64,000 nucleotides of DNA from Bdellovibrionales bacterium (GTDB taxonomy: Bacteria > Bdellovibrionota > Bdellovibrionia > Bdellovibrionales > UBA1609). Position 1 is the stretch's first letter, and each line of letters opens with the position of its first letter. The stretch lies in contig JAWLHR010000001.1 of NCBI GenBank assembly GCA_041690295.1, positions 274,168 to 338,167 on the forward strand, in the 5' to 3' direction. The notes beneath the pieces were generated by a model that worked only from the letters and a program-made list of their open reading frames with translations, was not told the origin of the DNA and searched no databases. This document shows, in pieces, positions 1 through 11,122 of the stretch. The translations under genes and the position numbers were made by a program.

Positions 1-808
1 GCGGCGGCGCGAGATACTCGACCCCGTCTTCACGGACTTCGCTGATCATCGATCCCCCGCCTTGATAAGGCGGCATTTTCGCCAACCACTCTTCACGTCC
101 ATAAAGCACGCCGACACCGGTGGGGCCGAAAACCTTGTGACCTGAAAACGCTAAAAAGTCGCAACCCAATTGGGAAACATCGATGTTTCCGGTGGCGGCC
201 GATTGCGCCACATCGGCGATGCAAACCGCGCCCACCCGTCGCGCTTCACGGAAAAAATCCGCCAATGGATTCAAAGTGCCGATCGCGTTTGACAAATGCA
301 CCAACGAAACGATCTTGGTCCGCTCCGACAAGAGCCCTTTATAAGCGTCGAAATCCAAGGTGCCATCGTCGCGAACGGGCACGAACCGAACCCGTGCCCG
401 CCGCTCCGAAGCGATCATATGCCAGGGCACGATGTTCGAATGATGCTCCATCTGGCTTAAAACAATTTCGTCGCCTTCATTCAGAATCAAAGATCCCAGG
501 GAGCGCGCCAAAAGATTGAGGCCCTCGGTGGTCCCACGGGTGAAAACAATTTCGTTTTTGGAGCGGGCGCCGACATAGGTCCCCGCCTTTTCGCGCGCTT
601 GTTCATACTTTTCCGTGGCTTCATCGCTTAAAAAATGGGCCGCGCGATGCACGTTGGCCGCGCCTTCGCGCAGATAACGCGAAACCGCGTCCACCACGCT
701 CACCGGCTTCATGGCCGTCGCGGCGCTATCCAGATACACCAGTGGACGCCCACGAACCTGCCGGGTCAGCTGAGGAAACAAGGCTGTCATCTCACGTTCA
801 AAATCCAT
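1..808 (-). CDS. sufS: Cysteine desulfurase SufS (runs off the window edge)
   Basis: Not in the ORF track. Manual translation from ATG 808 gives MDFEREMTALFPQLTRQVRGRPLVYLDSAATAMKP, with the PLP-lysine motif DFLAFSGHKVFGPTG near nt 115-165. Overlaps the sufD stop. Confidence 0.95.
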   Translation of the reverse strand, partial: MDFEREMTALFPQLTRQVRGRPLVYLDSAATAMKPVSVVDAVSRYLREGAANVHRAAHFLSDEATEKYEQAREKAGTYVGARSKNEIVFTRGTTEGLNLLARSLGSLILNEGDEIVLSQMEHHSNIVPWHMIASERRARVRFVPVRDDGTLDFDAYKGLLSERTKIVSLVHLSNAIGTLNPLADFFREARRVGAVCIADVAQSAATGNIDVSQLGCDFLAFSGHKVFGPTGVGVLYGREEWLAKMPPYQGGGSMISEVREDGVEYLAPP

Positions 809-2003
809 CAACAGACTCCAACAACCGGCGCAAACCGCTGTCCGGTATCTTCATGATCACGTCCGTAACGAACGCCTGACTCAGTAAGCTCTCCACTTGC
901 TCCGGTGGAATCCCACGGCTGCGCAAGTAAAAGATTTTCTCCTCATCCAGACGGCCCACGCTGGCCCCATGATTCGCCTTCACGTCATCGGCGTAAATTT
1001 CAAGTTCCGGTTTTGTATTCACTTCAGCGCCCGGACCCAACAGAAGATTTTGGTTCAATTGTTTGGAATCCACCTTCTGCGCGTCTTGGGCGATATAAAT
1101 CTTGCCGTTGAAAACGCCACGGGACCGGTCTTTGTAAACACCTTTAAAAAGCTGCGACGAAGCGGTCTCGCCCGAATGATGGGAAACGACCACCCGCTGA
1201 TCGATCTGCTGTTCACTTGAGCCGAATGTCAACCCTTGCACATTCGCTTCGGCGCCGCGACCCCGCAGCTCACAAAGGATCTGCGAGCGCACCCAACCGG
1301 CGCCTTCATTCCACTGCGTGAAATGAAATCCAGAGCCTTCGTTCAACTCAATTTGTGTTTCGCTGAAGTGGTGGGCCTTCAAGCCTTCCTTCTGTATACG
1401 CAACCAATGAATTCGCGCCTTATCCGCCACCTTGATCTGGGTGAGGTCGGTCCGTAAATAAGGCACGTTTTCGCCGACCAACAGTTCCGCGACTTGAACC
1501 TTCGCTCCGGCATTCACCACCACACGGTGAAACGCCGAACGCCATCCCGCTTCCGCTTGCTGATACTTAACCAGCAAAAGCGGTTTTGAAACTTCAGCTC
1601 CGGCCGCGATTTCAATCTCGGTTCCGGGCCAAGCCACCGCCGCGCTCAAATTCGATACCGCGTCCTCGCCCAAGTACTCGCTGGTAAACTCCGCGTCCCG
1701 AACCGTAAATTGCGGACTCGACAATTTCGCTCCCGGGCGAATGACGATGAAGTCCGACTCAAGCGAGGTAAGCCGCGACTCAAGCGATGCCGGAAGCTCC
1801 GGAACGACGGCCACCGGATCACCGCCATGACGCTCAACCGGCGCCAATGTGGTGTATCGCCAGGTTTCGGATTTCCGGCCCGGCCATCCCAGTTTTTCCA
1901 TCCGCTCCCAAGCGCGCTCTCGAAACCGTCGCTCCGGCAAGCTGGCTTTGGGAAGAAGATTGTCCAACCGCGATTTCGCGGCCTTCATCAAATTCGTTGT
2001 CAT
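798..2003 (-). CDS. sufD: Fe-S cluster assembly protein SufD
   Basis: ETWRYT, FNGKIYIAQDAQK and KPELEIYADDVKANHGASVG motifs; position in the suf operon. Confidence 0.95.
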   Translation of the reverse strand: MTTNLMKAAKSRLDNLLPKASLPERRFRERAWERMEKLGWPGRKSETWRYTTLAPVERHGGDPVAVVPELPASLESRLTSLESDFIVIRPGAKLSSPQFTVRDAEFTSEYLGEDAVSNLSAAVAWPGTEIEIAAGAEVSKPLLLVKYQQAEAGWRSAFHRVVVNAGAKVQVAELLVGENVPYLRTDLTQIKVADKARIHWLRIQKEGLKAHHFSETQIELNEGSGFHFTQWNEGAGWVRSQILCELRGRGAEANVQGLTFGSSEQQIDQRVVVSHHSGETASSQLFKGVYKDRSRGVFNGKIYIAQDAQKVDSKQLNQNLLLGPGAEVNTKPELEIYADDVKANHGASVGRLDEEKIFYLRSRGIPPEQVESLLSQAFVTDVIMKIPDSGLRRLLESVDGF

Positions 2004-2761
2004 GCCTCCGCCTTGACCAACCAGTCGTATCCACGCTCTTCGAGGGTGAGCGCCAGTGTCTTGTCCCCGGATTGGACGATCCGGCCGCGATGGAGCACAT
2101 GAACAAAATCGGGCACGATGTAGTCCAACAGGCGTTGATAATGGGTGATCAACAGAATCGCGTTGTCCTTGCTGCGCAATTTGTTCACGCCCGAGGCCAC
2201 GACTTTCAATGAGTCGATGTCCAATCCGGAATCGGTCTCATCAAGAATCGCCAGCCGCGGCGACAACACGGCCATTTGCAAAATTTCATTGCGCTTTTTC
2301 TCGCCGCCCGAAAAACCTTCGTTGACCGCCCGGTCAAGAAAACGAGGATCCAGGTCCACAAGCGCGGCTTTCTTTTCCACGAACTTGCGGAATTCGTCTT
2401 CGGACATTTCCTGCACGCCTTGATGACGGCAGATTGAATTGAACGCCGTCCTTAGAAAAGTCATGTTCGAAAGCCCCGGCACCTCGATGGGATATTGGAA
2501 GGCGAGAAACACGCCTTCGCGCGCTCGCTCGTCGGGCGCCATGGTGAGCAGGTCCCGCGGAGTGAAGTTCACCTCATAAGTGACTTCCCCACGAGTCACC
2601 TCATAAGCCGGGTGGCCGGCCAACACCTTGGACAAGGTGCTCTTGCCCGATCCGTTCGGGCCCATGATGGCGTGGACTTCACCGGGATTAATGGTGAGAT
2701 TAATCCCCCGTAAAACTTCTTTGCCGTCCACGTTACAATGCAGATCTTTGATCTGAAGCAT
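2000..2761 (-). CDS. sufC: Fe-S cluster assembly ATPase SufC
   Basis: GPNGSGKST, FSGGEKKRNEILQ, LDETDSGLDID. Confidence 0.97.
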   Translation of the reverse strand: MLQIKDLHCNVDGKEVLRGINLTINPGEVHAIMGPNGSGKSTLSKVLAGHPAYEVTRGEVTYEVNFTPRDLLTMAPDERAREGVFLAFQYPIEVPGLSNMTFLRTAFNSICRHQGVQEMSEDEFRKFVEKKAALVDLDPRFLDRAVNEGFSGGEKKRNEILQMAVLSPRLAILDETDSGLDIDSLKVVASGVNKLRSKDNAILLITHYQRLLDYIVPDFVHVLHRGRIVQSGDKTLALTLEERGYDWLVKAEA

Positions 2762-2769
2762 AAATCACC

Positions 2770-4191
2770 TTATCCGATACTGTTTTCCAGTTTCATTTCG
2801 ATCAACTTGACCGCCTCGACGGAAAATTCGAGCGGCAGTTGCTTGAACACTTCCTTACAAAATCCATTCACCAGCAGCGAGACACATTCTTCCTGCGACA
2901 GACCACGCGACTGCAGATAAAACAGTTGCTCTTCACTGATGCGCGAGGTGGAGGCTTCGTGCTCCACCACCGCCGACGGATTTTTCACCTCAATCACCGG
3001 GAATGTATTGGCGCCTGACCGGTTCCCCACCAGCATGGAATCACACTGAGAGAAATTTCGCGCGCCTTCCGCTCCCGGCAAAATCTTTACTAGACCGCGA
3101 TAGCTGTTCACCGAATGACCGGTCGATATCCCTTTGGAAATGATCGTGCTCTTGGTGTTTTTCCCGATGTGGATCATCTTGGTTCCCGTATCGGCCTGCA
3201 TTCGATCGTGAGTCAGTGCCACCGAGTAAAACGCACCGACGGAGTTTTCCCCTTGCAGAATACAACTCGGATACTTCCAGGTGATGGCCGAGCCGGCTTC
3301 CACCTGGGTCCAGCTGATCTTCGAATTACGACCCTGGCACTTTCCGCGTTTGGTAACGAAGTTGTAAATTCCGCCACGGCCTTCGCGATCGCCCGTGTAC
3401 CAGTTTTGAACCGTGGAATAACGAATCTCGGCATTTTCCAAAGCGATCAGTTCCACCACCGCCGCGTGAAGTTGATTTTCATCGCGCTGGGGCGCCGTGC
3501 AGCCTTCCAGATAATTGACGTAGCTACCTTCATCCGCGATCAAAAGTGTTCGTTCAAACTGACCCGTCTCCTGTGCGTTGATGCGGAAGTAAGTCGAAAG
3601 ATCCAGCGGACAGCGAACACCTTTGGGAATGTAGCAGAACGAGCCATCCGAAAAGACCGCCGCGTTCAACGCCGCGAAGAAATTGTCGGTGTGAGGAACG
3701 ACCGTTCCCAAATATTTACGAACCAGCTCCGGATATTTCTGAATGGCTTCGGAGATGGAACAGAAAACCACGCCGTGACGCTCAAGAATTTCCTTATGGG
3801 TCGTGCCCAAGGAAACCGAATCAAACACCGCATCGATCGCCACGCCACTGATCCGCTTTTGCTCGGTCAGCGGAATTCCCAGGCGTTCAAAAGTGCGAAG
3901 CAATTCCGGATCCAGCTCGTCCAGTGATTTGGGTTTTTCTTTCACCGACTTGGGAGCGGCGTAATAGTAAATATCCTGATAATCGATCGGCTCGTAATCC
4001 GCCTTGGCCCAGTGAGGCTCGGTCATGGTGAGCCAGTGCCGGTAGGCCTTCAACCGATAATCCAACATCCAATCCGGCTCGTTCTTGCGCCGAGAAATCG
4101 CGCGGATCACGTCCTCGTTCAAACCCTTGGCAATGGTCTCGGTGTCGATTTCCGTGACAAAGCCGTGTTTATATTCACGCACTTCACTCAT
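2770..4191 (-). CDS. sufB: Fe-S cluster assembly protein SufB
   Basis: [22 protein letters not shown]; start re-called at MSEVREY (ATGA overlap with the rrf2 stop). Confidence 0.97.
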   Translation of the reverse strand: MSEVREYKHGFVTEIDTETIAKGLNEDVIRAISRRKNEPDWMLDYRLKAYRHWLTMTEPHWAKADYEPIDYQDIYYYAAPKSVKEKPKSLDELDPELLRTFERLGIPLTEQKRISGVAIDAVFDSVSLGTTHKEILERHGVVFCSISEAIQKYPELVRKYLGTVVPHTDNFFAALNAAVFSDGSFCYIPKGVRCPLDLSTYFRINAQETGQFERTLLIADEGSYVNYLEGCTAPQRDENQLHAAVVELIALENAEIRYSTVQNWYTGDREGRGGIYNFVTKRGKCQGRNSKISWTQVEAGSAITWKYPSCILQGENSVGAFYSVALTHDRMQADTGTKMIHIGKNTKSTIISKGISTGHSVNSYRGLVKILPGAEGARNFSQCDSMLVGNRSGANTFPVIEVKNPSAVVEHEASTSRISEEQLFYLQSRGLSQEECVSLLVNGFCKEVFKQLPLEFSVEAVKLIEMKLENSIG

Positions 4192-4631
4192 GAGGTGGCC
4201 TCCATCGGGGGCCGATGATGTTCCGTCTTCAAGCGCAAGAGTTCCGAGACATAAATGCTTCGATAAAAATCCTGATACCGACGGTTCAGAACCACGATGG
4301 GATTGTGAATATTGCACGTGGGTTCAAGTTCGCACCGTCCGCGACCCAGCAAACATTTGGCCGCGGCCATCGGTCCCAAAATCAATTCCATCAGTTCGTA
4401 GAGGGACACCTTTGACAGGTCGCGAACCAGCACGTAGCCGCCATGCGCCCCGTGTTCCGACCGCAAAATCCCCTTCTGTGCCATCTTCTGTAGAACCCGA
4501 GCGGTGGCATCGAATGGACAGCCAGTGATTTCAACCACTTCCTTGGCCGAAGTGAGCTCGCCCGGCTTTTTTCCGGCGATAATTTTTAAGGCCATGAGGG
4601 CGTATTCAAGTTTTCGGTTGAGCCGTGTCAC
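4188..4631 (-). CDS. Rrf2-family (IscR-like) transcriptional regulator of the suf operon
   Basis: wHTH with GAHGGYVL; three Cys (C-x6-C-x5-C) typical of Fe-S-binding Rrf2; GTG start after GAGGA. Confidence 0.9.
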   Translation of the reverse strand: MTRLNRKLEYALMALKIIAGKKPGELTSAKEVVEITGCPFDATARVLQKMAQKGILRSEHGAHGGYVLVRDLSKVSLYELMELILGPMAAAKCLLGRGRCELEPTCNIHNPIVVLNRRYQDFYRSIYVSELLRLKTEHHRPPMEATS

Positions 4632-4811
4632 TGCTTCTATCCTCTTAAAAATCCTAAGCTTTCTTGACTTGCGAAACCCCGCCAATTAAATGCAAGCAAG
4701 TCGAAACTCAATTGAGAGTAACTATATACGCCTAAAAAAGACTTATTTAAAGGAAATCCTATTTTTTCGGCAATTCAGAGACTGATTCTCATTAGCCTGG
4801 GCTCCATCGCG

Positions 4812-5423
4812 GTGATCGCGCTGGGGATTGGGTTCATGCGCTGGACAGGCTCCCAGCAAATGTACACTGCGCCATCACATCCTTGGTTCGAATGGCCGCA
4901 TTGGCGGGTCGAAACCCCCGCTGAAGACATACTTTGCCACTCCCAACAGAGGGTGCGGATTTCGGATCCGGATACCATTTTCCATGTGCGAGTTCGGGCC
5001 GTGGACAATCGCTGGATCGTGAACTGTCCTGATAAACCCATGCCGCTGGTGGATTTACTCAACCGCGCTGATGCCAAAAATTGGTTGCTGACAATTGAAG
5101 CGAAGGACACCATCGGGCTTGATGATCTGATTAGAGACTTGGCTCCGTTCGATAAAGAATTTCGCTTTGCCATTCATAGTCCGGCGCAACAGGTGGCCCG
5201 TTACCTACGTAAAAAATCACCGCAGTGGTTGTTCGCCGCGGATTCCGCGACACTTTTGCGTCTCCATATGTTTACAAGTCTGTGGCTCGAAACGGCATTT
5301 GATTTCTGGCCGGATTTCGTGATTCAAAATCCAGACGATCGGAATACGGATCTTTCGCCTCGTGAGTTGGCGGAAATCCGGCGGCGTAACAAGCGAGTTA
5401 TCTTGTTGCCTAATCCCCGTTAA
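4812..5423 (+). CDS. Membrane-anchored protein, degenerate glycerophosphodiester phosphodiesterase-like
   Basis: N-terminal hydrophobic anchor; C-terminal half resembles GDPD barrel strands but catalytic His motifs are not evident; start uncertain. Confidence 0.4.
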   Translation: MIALGIGFMRWTGSQQMYTAPSHPWFEWPHWRVETPAEDILCHSQQRVRISDPDTIFHVRVRAVDNRWIVNCPDKPMPLVDLLNRADAKNWLLTIEAKDTIGLDDLIRDLAPFDKEFRFAIHSPAQQVARYLRKKSPQWLFAADSATLLRLHMFTSLWLETAFDFWPDFVIQNPDDRNTDLSPRELAEIRRRNKRVILLPNPR

Positions 5424-5443
5424 TCGGCTTACGCTTTTCAATT

Positions 5444-6184
5444 ATGTTTTCAACAGCATGGGCCGCATCCGAAACCGTTAAAGTCACCGCGAACGTCGGC
5501 GCCTGGCACGCCATCACATCCGCCAGCTTCGTCGTTCAGCTGACACTTCTCTCGTTGATTCTAATGTCCGTCGGCTCCTGGGCCATCATGGCGCAGAAGC
5601 GAAAACAGTTTAAAGCCGTCGAAGAGGGCAATATTCCCTTCGAAGAAAAATTCTGGAAAGCCTCGTCCCTTGAGGAAGTGCACGACAACCTCAAGGATTT
5701 TCCCGATAGCAATATGGCCGCCGTGTTCCAGTTTGGATACCTGGAGTTAAAGAAAATCGCTGAGAGCCGTCTGCTGGCGTCCGTGCAGGAAGACGGTGAA
5801 TCGCCGGTTCTCAGCGGTATCGACAATCTTCAACGGGCGCTCCGCAAGGCCATTGACCTTGAAATCTCCCGTTTGGAATCGCGGCTGAATTTTCTCGCCA
5901 CGGTCGGCAGCGTCGGTCCGTTCGTGGGATTGTTCGGCACCGTCTGGGGGATCATGGGATCCTTTCAAAAAATCGGTGCGACCGGATCGGCCAGCCTCGC
6001 TGTTGTGGCGCCCGGGATCGCCGAAGCTTTGATCGCCACCGGTGTCGGCCTGGCCGCCGCCATCCCGGCGACAATCGCCTACAATTTGTTCGTCACCCGC
6101 ATTCGCAAACAAGAGCTGGCACTCAACAATTTCGCCGCTGACTTTTTGAATTTAGCTAAACGCAACTTCTTCAAAGGGCAGTAA
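5444..6184 (+). CDS. tolQ: TolQ (MotA/TolQ/ExbB family)
   Basis: PFVGLFGTVWGIM and VVAPGIAEALIAT; first gene of the tol cluster. Confidence 0.93.
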   Translation: MFSTAWAASETVKVTANVGAWHAITSASFVVQLTLLSLILMSVGSWAIMAQKRKQFKAVEEGNIPFEEKFWKASSLEEVHDNLKDFPDSNMAAVFQFGYLELKKIAESRLLASVQEDGESPVLSGIDNLQRALRKAIDLEISRLESRLNFLATVGSVGPFVGLFGTVWGIMGSFQKIGATGSASLAVVAPGIAEALIATGVGLAAAIPATIAYNLFVTRIRKQELALNNFAADFLNLAKRNFFKGQ

Positions 6185-6186
6185 GT

Positions 6187-6612
6187 ATGTCGGCTTCACC
6201 CGCGCCCCGAAGCGGTGCTCGCACTGTTTTAAGTGAAATCAACGTGACTCCGCTCGTGGATGTCATGTTGGTTTTGCTGATCATCTTCATGGTCACCGCG
6301 CCCATGATGCAGCAAGGGCTTGAGGTGGAACTTCCGGAAACCGCGAACAGCGGTGTTTCCACCACCGATGAGCCCTTTATCCTGGTGATCAAAAAAGATG
6401 GTTCCCTGTACGCGGGCCAGTCCCGCCTTCAAATGGAAACGCTCGGAACCAAACTCAAAGCGATATTCGCGACCCGAAAGAATAAACAAATTTATATCCA
6501 AGCCGACGCTCGCGTTAATTACGGAACGGTGGCCGAAGCTATGGGCGAGATCCGAGCCGCCGGGATTTACCAGATCGGAATGATCACTGTGCCCAAAGCC
6601 GGGGGGAGATGA
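6187..6612 (+). CDS. tolR: TolR (ExbD/TolR family)
   Basis: EINVTPLVDVMLVLLIIFMVTAP. Confidence 0.93.
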   Translation: MSASPAPRSGARTVLSEINVTPLVDVMLVLLIIFMVTAPMMQQGLEVELPETANSGVSTTDEPFILVIKKDGSLYAGQSRLQMETLGTKLKAIFATRKNKQIYIQADARVNYGTVAEAMGEIRAAGIYQIGMITVPKAGGR

Positions 6613-7316
6613 ACGACTCACTTTCCCGAGATTTGATCTATTCGCTGGCCGGACATCTCGTTGTCGTCGTGTTCATTTTCTTTTCGGCGGTATTGATTCC
6701 GAGCCAACCGATCGATCTCCGGCAAGCCATCCGCGTGGATGTGGTGGGATTGCCTGATAAACTACCTGAACAGAAACTTGCACCGCCCAAACCAGAGCCC
6801 GAATCAATGAAGGCTCCGCCCAAAGTTGAAGAGGCGAAAGCGCCGAAAGTCTCCACCAAGAAAGCCGACCTCTCCAAATCTCAACAAGCGGCCTTGAACC
6901 AGATCAAAAGCATGAAGGCTTTGGAGAAAATCAAGAGCCAATTGAACAAGGAAAAAGAGAAGAACGATAATGCCTCAACGGTCGTTAAAGGCAACCAGGT
7001 TAATGCCGGAAATTCGTTAACTGGTCTCGAGAAAATTGAATACGACCGCTATTTTGATGATCTCAACGTCCGGATCCGCGAACATTGGAATATACCGCAG
7101 TGGCTGGCGGATGCGAATCTCCGAGCTCAAGTTCAGGTTTTAATCGACGAAAGAGGCTATGTGGTCAAAAAAGTGTTCCGCCGCTCCAGCGGAAACACTG
7201 TTTTTGATAATAGCGTTCTCGCCGCGATCGATAATAGTTCACCTTTACCGGCGCCACCGGCGCGATTACGAGGACTTTTGGCCACATCTGGGGTAATCTT
7301 TAACTTTCCGGAGTAA
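6609..7316 (+). CDS. tolA: TolA/TonB-family energy transducer
   Basis: TM segment with S-x3-H, Pro/Lys-rich linker, TonB_2-like C-terminus (SSGNTVFD...PLPAPP); lies between tolR and tolB. Confidence 0.8.
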   Translation: MNDSLSRDLIYSLAGHLVVVVFIFFSAVLIPSQPIDLRQAIRVDVVGLPDKLPEQKLAPPKPEPESMKAPPKVEEAKAPKVSTKKADLSKSQQAALNQIKSMKALEKIKSQLNKEKEKNDNASTVVKGNQVNAGNSLTGLEKIEYDRYFDDLNVRIREHWNIPQWLADANLRAQVQVLIDERGYVVKKVFRRSSGNTVFDNSVLAAIDNSSPLPAPPARLRGLLATSGVIFNFPE

Positions 7317-7319
7317 GAT

Positions 7320-8705
7320 ATGAGCATACGATCTATTTTTTTATTGTCGGTCTTGTTGATTTACACCGGGCTCGTTTCGGCTCAATCCGAATCCCACATC
7401 TACATCGACGTGGGTCAAGGAAACGTTAAGAAAAGCCTTTTGGCTTTGCCGCCGCTGCTTTATGCGGGAACGCAACCCACGAATAAAAGTCACATTCAGA
7501 TCGGCCAGGACCTGTTTCGGGTCATTTATAACGATCTCAGTGTTTCGAACTTTTTCACCTTCGTAAAACCTGAAGCCTACCTTGAGGATCCGGCCAAAGT
7601 CGGACTGCGCCCGGCCCCTGGCACACCGAACGGATTCAAGTTTGAAAATTGGAAGACGATAGGCACGGAATTCTTGGTTCGCGCCGCCTACTCGGTTCTC
7701 GGCAACGACGTTTCCGTCGAGGCGTTCGTTTACCATGTGCCCACGACAAAACAGGTTCTGGGTAAAACCTATAAAGGACCGACAGGAGCCGTACGGCGAA
7801 TCGCCCACACCTTCTCGAATGATCTTGTTCAGGCTCTCACCGGAAAACGCGGAATGTTTCTCACGAAACTCGTGGCCTCGGGATTGCCGCCCGGCGGACA
7901 TAAGGAAATTTATATTATGGATTGGGACGGGGCCAATCGGCAGAAAATCACCAGCATGAAGCACATCGCGATTTCACCGGCATGGTCCACCAAAGGTGAC
8001 AAGATCGCTTACACCGGGTTTCCGCTTCATAAGAAAGAAAAAGTTCGCAATGCCGACTTATTTATTTACGACATCAAAACCGGTAAACGATTCCTGGTTT
8101 CGTACCATAAGGGAATTAACTCCGGCGCGGCTTTTCTGCCGGGCGATCAGTTCATCATGTTAACGCTTACAAAATCCGGAAATCCCGATCTTTACAAAAT
8201 GACCGCGGACGGAAAGTCTTTGCAGCGGATCACCAATGGGCCGAATCGGGCGATGAACGTGGAGCCGGCGATTTCTCCCGACGGAACGAAAGTGGCCTTT
8301 TCCTCGGACCGCGCGGGCCAGCCGCACATTTACGTTATGAATATCGACGGAAGTAATGTGAAGCGCCTGACCTTCGCGGGTAAGTACAATTCTTCGCCCT
8401 CGTGGTCACCCGATGGCAAAACATTGGCCTTCGCCGGATTTGACAAAAATCACTTTGATATCTTCACCATCAACATCGATGGAACCAATCTGAAGCGATT
8501 GACGGATGCGACAAAGCCCAACGGTAAACCGGCGGATAACGAATCACCGACCTGGTCGCCGGATGGACGGCATATCATGTTCAGCAGCAACCGGAGCGGG
8601 CGGCATCAGATTTACGTCGTGAGCCCGGACGGCACCAATGAGCGCCGGATCACTCACGACAATATCAGTTGGGAAAAACCCAAGTGGTCACCCTTCCTGG
8701 ATTAG
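7320..8705 (+). CDS. tolB: TolB periplasmic beta-propeller
   Basis: Signal peptide, TolB N-domain (RRIAHTFSND), PD40 repeats (SPSWSPDG). Confidence 0.93.
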   Translation: MSIRSIFLLSVLLIYTGLVSAQSESHIYIDVGQGNVKKSLLALPPLLYAGTQPTNKSHIQIGQDLFRVIYNDLSVSNFFTFVKPEAYLEDPAKVGLRPAPGTPNGFKFENWKTIGTEFLVRAAYSVLGNDVSVEAFVYHVPTTKQVLGKTYKGPTGAVRRIAHTFSNDLVQALTGKRGMFLTKLVASGLPPGGHKEIYIMDWDGANRQKITSMKHIAISPAWSTKGDKIAYTGFPLHKKEKVRNADLFIYDIKTGKRFLVSYHKGINSGAAFLPGDQFIMLTLTKSGNPDLYKMTADGKSLQRITNGPNRAMNVEPAISPDGTKVAFSSDRAGQPHIYVMNIDGSNVKRLTFAGKYNSSPSWSPDGKTLAFAGFDKNHFDIFTINIDGTNLKRLTDATKPNGKPADNESPTWSPDGRHIMFSSNRSGRHQIYVVSPDGTNERRITHDNISWEKPKWSPFLD

Positions 8706-11122
8706 AGACTTATTCAAGCGAGCAGATTCAAAAGGTCCACGAGGCCAGCCGGGCCTTTACCCATTACGAACGATTTGTTCCAAACCTGATCGATCCGGTC
8801 GGCTTTCATCAACAACGTCATCAAGCCTGGATGAAAGCCGCGGCCGCCACCATTCTTGAATCCGCCGCGACCGAAACTATCTGCCGCTTTTGGAGCGATA
8901 CCGCCGATGAGATATTAAAGCGGGCGTGGTCACATTTCCAGTTGGATCAATTTCCAGCCGCTCTATTCGCTTTAGGTAAGCTCGGAGCTCAGGAACTTAA
9001 TCTCAGCTCGGATATCGACCTCCTCGTGGTCTGTGAGCCTTCCGTGGCTCGCGAGGTGGAGCGAAAATTCCGGAAATTTCGCAAGTGCCTTCACCACTCC
9101 CGCGACTTGGGCCTTTGTTTCCGTCTGGATTTTGATCTGCGCCCCGGCGGGCGCATGGGCCCCCTTCTCACTTCGCCGGATCAGTTCGAGGATTATTATT
9201 GGAGCCAAGGAGAAACCTGGGAACGGCTGGCGTTGATCCGGTTGCGCGCCATTTGCGGAGACCAGGAACTGATTCGACGAATCGAAGATTTGGCGCGCCG
9301 ATTTTCTTTTCGTAAGTATCTGGATTTTACTCTGCTCGAGGATTTGAAGTCGCTTCGATCGCAAGTGCATCAATTCGGATTCCAAAGGCAGAACAATCAG
9401 ATTCACATCAAATTGGAAGTGGGTGGCATTCGCGATATCGAACTTTTTGTTCATTCCCTGCAAATCCTCAATGGCGGAAAATTGGCGGAACTACGAATCC
9501 ATTCAACCGGGCTTGCGATCGAGCGGCTCCGCGATGCCGGTCTTATGGAACGGGCGGACGCCGATCGCCTGCTTGAGTCTTATTGGTGGTTTCGCCACAT
9601 CGAAAATCGAGTGCAGGCCCAAGACGACCGGCAGACCCATTTTGTCGGAATCAATGAATATCCGGATTTAACCGCTCGGATGAATGAAGTGAATCGCATC
9701 GTCACCGATCTTTTGGGCGAGCCGGTCCCCGCGTCGCCGCGACTGCCGGCCGACCAGGCGGCTCAAAAGAAATGGCTGAAAAAGCTGGGCTACAGCCAGG
9801 AATCGATCCAGGAAACCTGGCCCCGGCTGATCAGCGCCACCGTGCTCTCCCACAAGAACGATCGCGACGAACGCGCCCGCCAGGAGCTGCTCTATGTCTT
9901 CGTGGAGGAACTGGCCAAACAAGCCCGGTTCGATCAGGATCTCGGGCTCAAAGTGCTCGAAGATTTCGTGCGCTCCACTCGGGCCAAGGCGACCTTTTTC
10001 ACCATGTTGCTGCGAACGCCGGGATTGATTCAGGATTTGGCGCGTTTGTTCTCGCTCTCTCCATACCTCAGCACCATTCTCGTGGCCCGACCGGAGCTTC
10101 TCGATCATTTTATCTTGCGGACCGATGATCCCTGGTCCACCGAGATGGAAACGCTTCTCCAGCAGATGAATGATCGTAAACTCCTTAATGAAATCTGGTC
10201 GGCCAACCGATTCGTCGCGGATCACGACTTGAATGGGTTGTTCGATCGATCGACGGAAACCGCCGATGAAATTTGCCGGCAACTGCTCTTGCAACTGAAA
10301 ACCGAGTTTCCCGCGTCATCGTTGGAAATCATCGCGCTTGGCAAATGGGGCGGACGCGAGTTGGGTTTGCGATCCGATTTGGATTTTATTTTCGTTTGTC
10401 CCAAGTCCCCCGTCGAGGATGACTTTAAAGTCGCCAGGCGTTTCGTATCCCGTTTGACCGATCCGCAAAAGTTTGGCCATTTGTTTGAGGTCGACTTGCG
10501 GCTTCGTCCATCGGGACACGGGGCGCTTTTGATCGGCCTTGAGAATTTGCATTCTTTTTGGCGGGATCAGGCCCAAGCTTGGGAGCGCCAGGCGTATTTG
10601 CGTTCGCGACCGCTGGACCCCGCGATTCATTTGGACAAATCCCTTTTATTTGAGCGGCCGATCACCGAACGGGACCGGGAAGAGCTGAAAACCATCCGCG
10701 AAAAACTTCTCAAACGAAACGCCAATGATGTGATCGACCTAAAATACGCGCCCGGCGGCCTTCTGGATATTGAATTCGTCTGCCAAATCGCGTTCCTTGA
10801 TTTAGGCGCCAGCCTGGCGAGGGACGATTTCGCCAACACGGATGTCATGATCTCACGACTGGAACAGCTCGATCAAAACTGGCGAAGCACGGGCGCTAGG
10901 TTAAGAGACCTTTACCAACGGCAGCGACTGTTCGAGCAAATGTTGCAACTCGCGGCCGAGCGCAAGCAAAACACGATGCAAAAGGGAAAACCCGTCTTTG
11001 AACGAACGGCGCGTTTACTGTCCATGGATCCGGATGACGCCTGGCTGGAAATTCAAAACCTGCAAAGCCAGTCGTGTCGATTGCTCAATTCACTGGATCC
11101 CACCGGGTTTCACCGGAGTTAA
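8669..11122 (+). CDS. glnE: Glutamine synthetase adenylyltransferase GlnE-like
   Basis: Two nucleotidyltransferase domains (GKLGAQELNLSSDID and GKWGGRELGLRSDLD), D-x-x-LRP, WER and GG-x-x-DIE each present twice; start uncertain. Confidence 0.85.
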   Translation: MGKTQVVTLPGLETYSSEQIQKVHEASRAFTHYERFVPNLIDPVGFHQQRHQAWMKAAAATILESAATETICRFWSDTADEILKRAWSHFQLDQFPAALFALGKLGAQELNLSSDIDLLVVCEPSVAREVERKFRKFRKCLHHSRDLGLCFRLDFDLRPGGRMGPLLTSPDQFEDYYWSQGETWERLALIRLRAICGDQELIRRIEDLARRFSFRKYLDFTLLEDLKSLRSQVHQFGFQRQNNQIHIKLEVGGIRDIELFVHSLQILNGGKLAELRIHSTGLAIERLRDAGLMERADADRLLESYWWFRHIENRVQAQDDRQTHFVGINEYPDLTARMNEVNRIVTDLLGEPVPASPRLPADQAAQKKWLKKLGYSQESIQETWPRLISATVLSHKNDRDERARQELLYVFVEELAKQARFDQDLGLKVLEDFVRSTRAKATFFTMLLRTPGLIQDLARLFSLSPYLSTILVARPELLDHFILRTDDPWSTEMETLLQQMNDRKLLNEIWSANRFVADHDLNGLFDRSTETADEICRQLLLQLKTEFPASSLEIIALGKWGGRELGLRSDLDFIFVCPKSPVEDDFKVARRFVSRLTDPQKFGHLFEVDLRLRPSGHGALLIGLENLHSFWRDQAQAWERQAYLRSRPLDPAIHLDKSLLFERPITERDREELKTIREKLLKRNANDVIDLKYAPGGLLDIEFVCQIAFLDLGASLARDDFANTDVMISRLEQLDQNWRSTGARLRDLYQRQRLFEQMLQLAAERKQNTMQKGKPVFERTARLLSMDPDDAWLEIQNLQSQSCRLLNSLDPTGFHRS

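Noticed and set aside
3115..3927. Long antisense ORFs (this one and e.g. 23410..24159, 57481..58131)
   Set aside because: Shadow frames of well-supported genes on the opposite strand
4707..4716. CTCAATTGAG palindrome upstream of rrf2-suf as a member of the 17-bp dyad family
   Set aside because: Spacing is one base shorter and the flanks do not match; too short to assign
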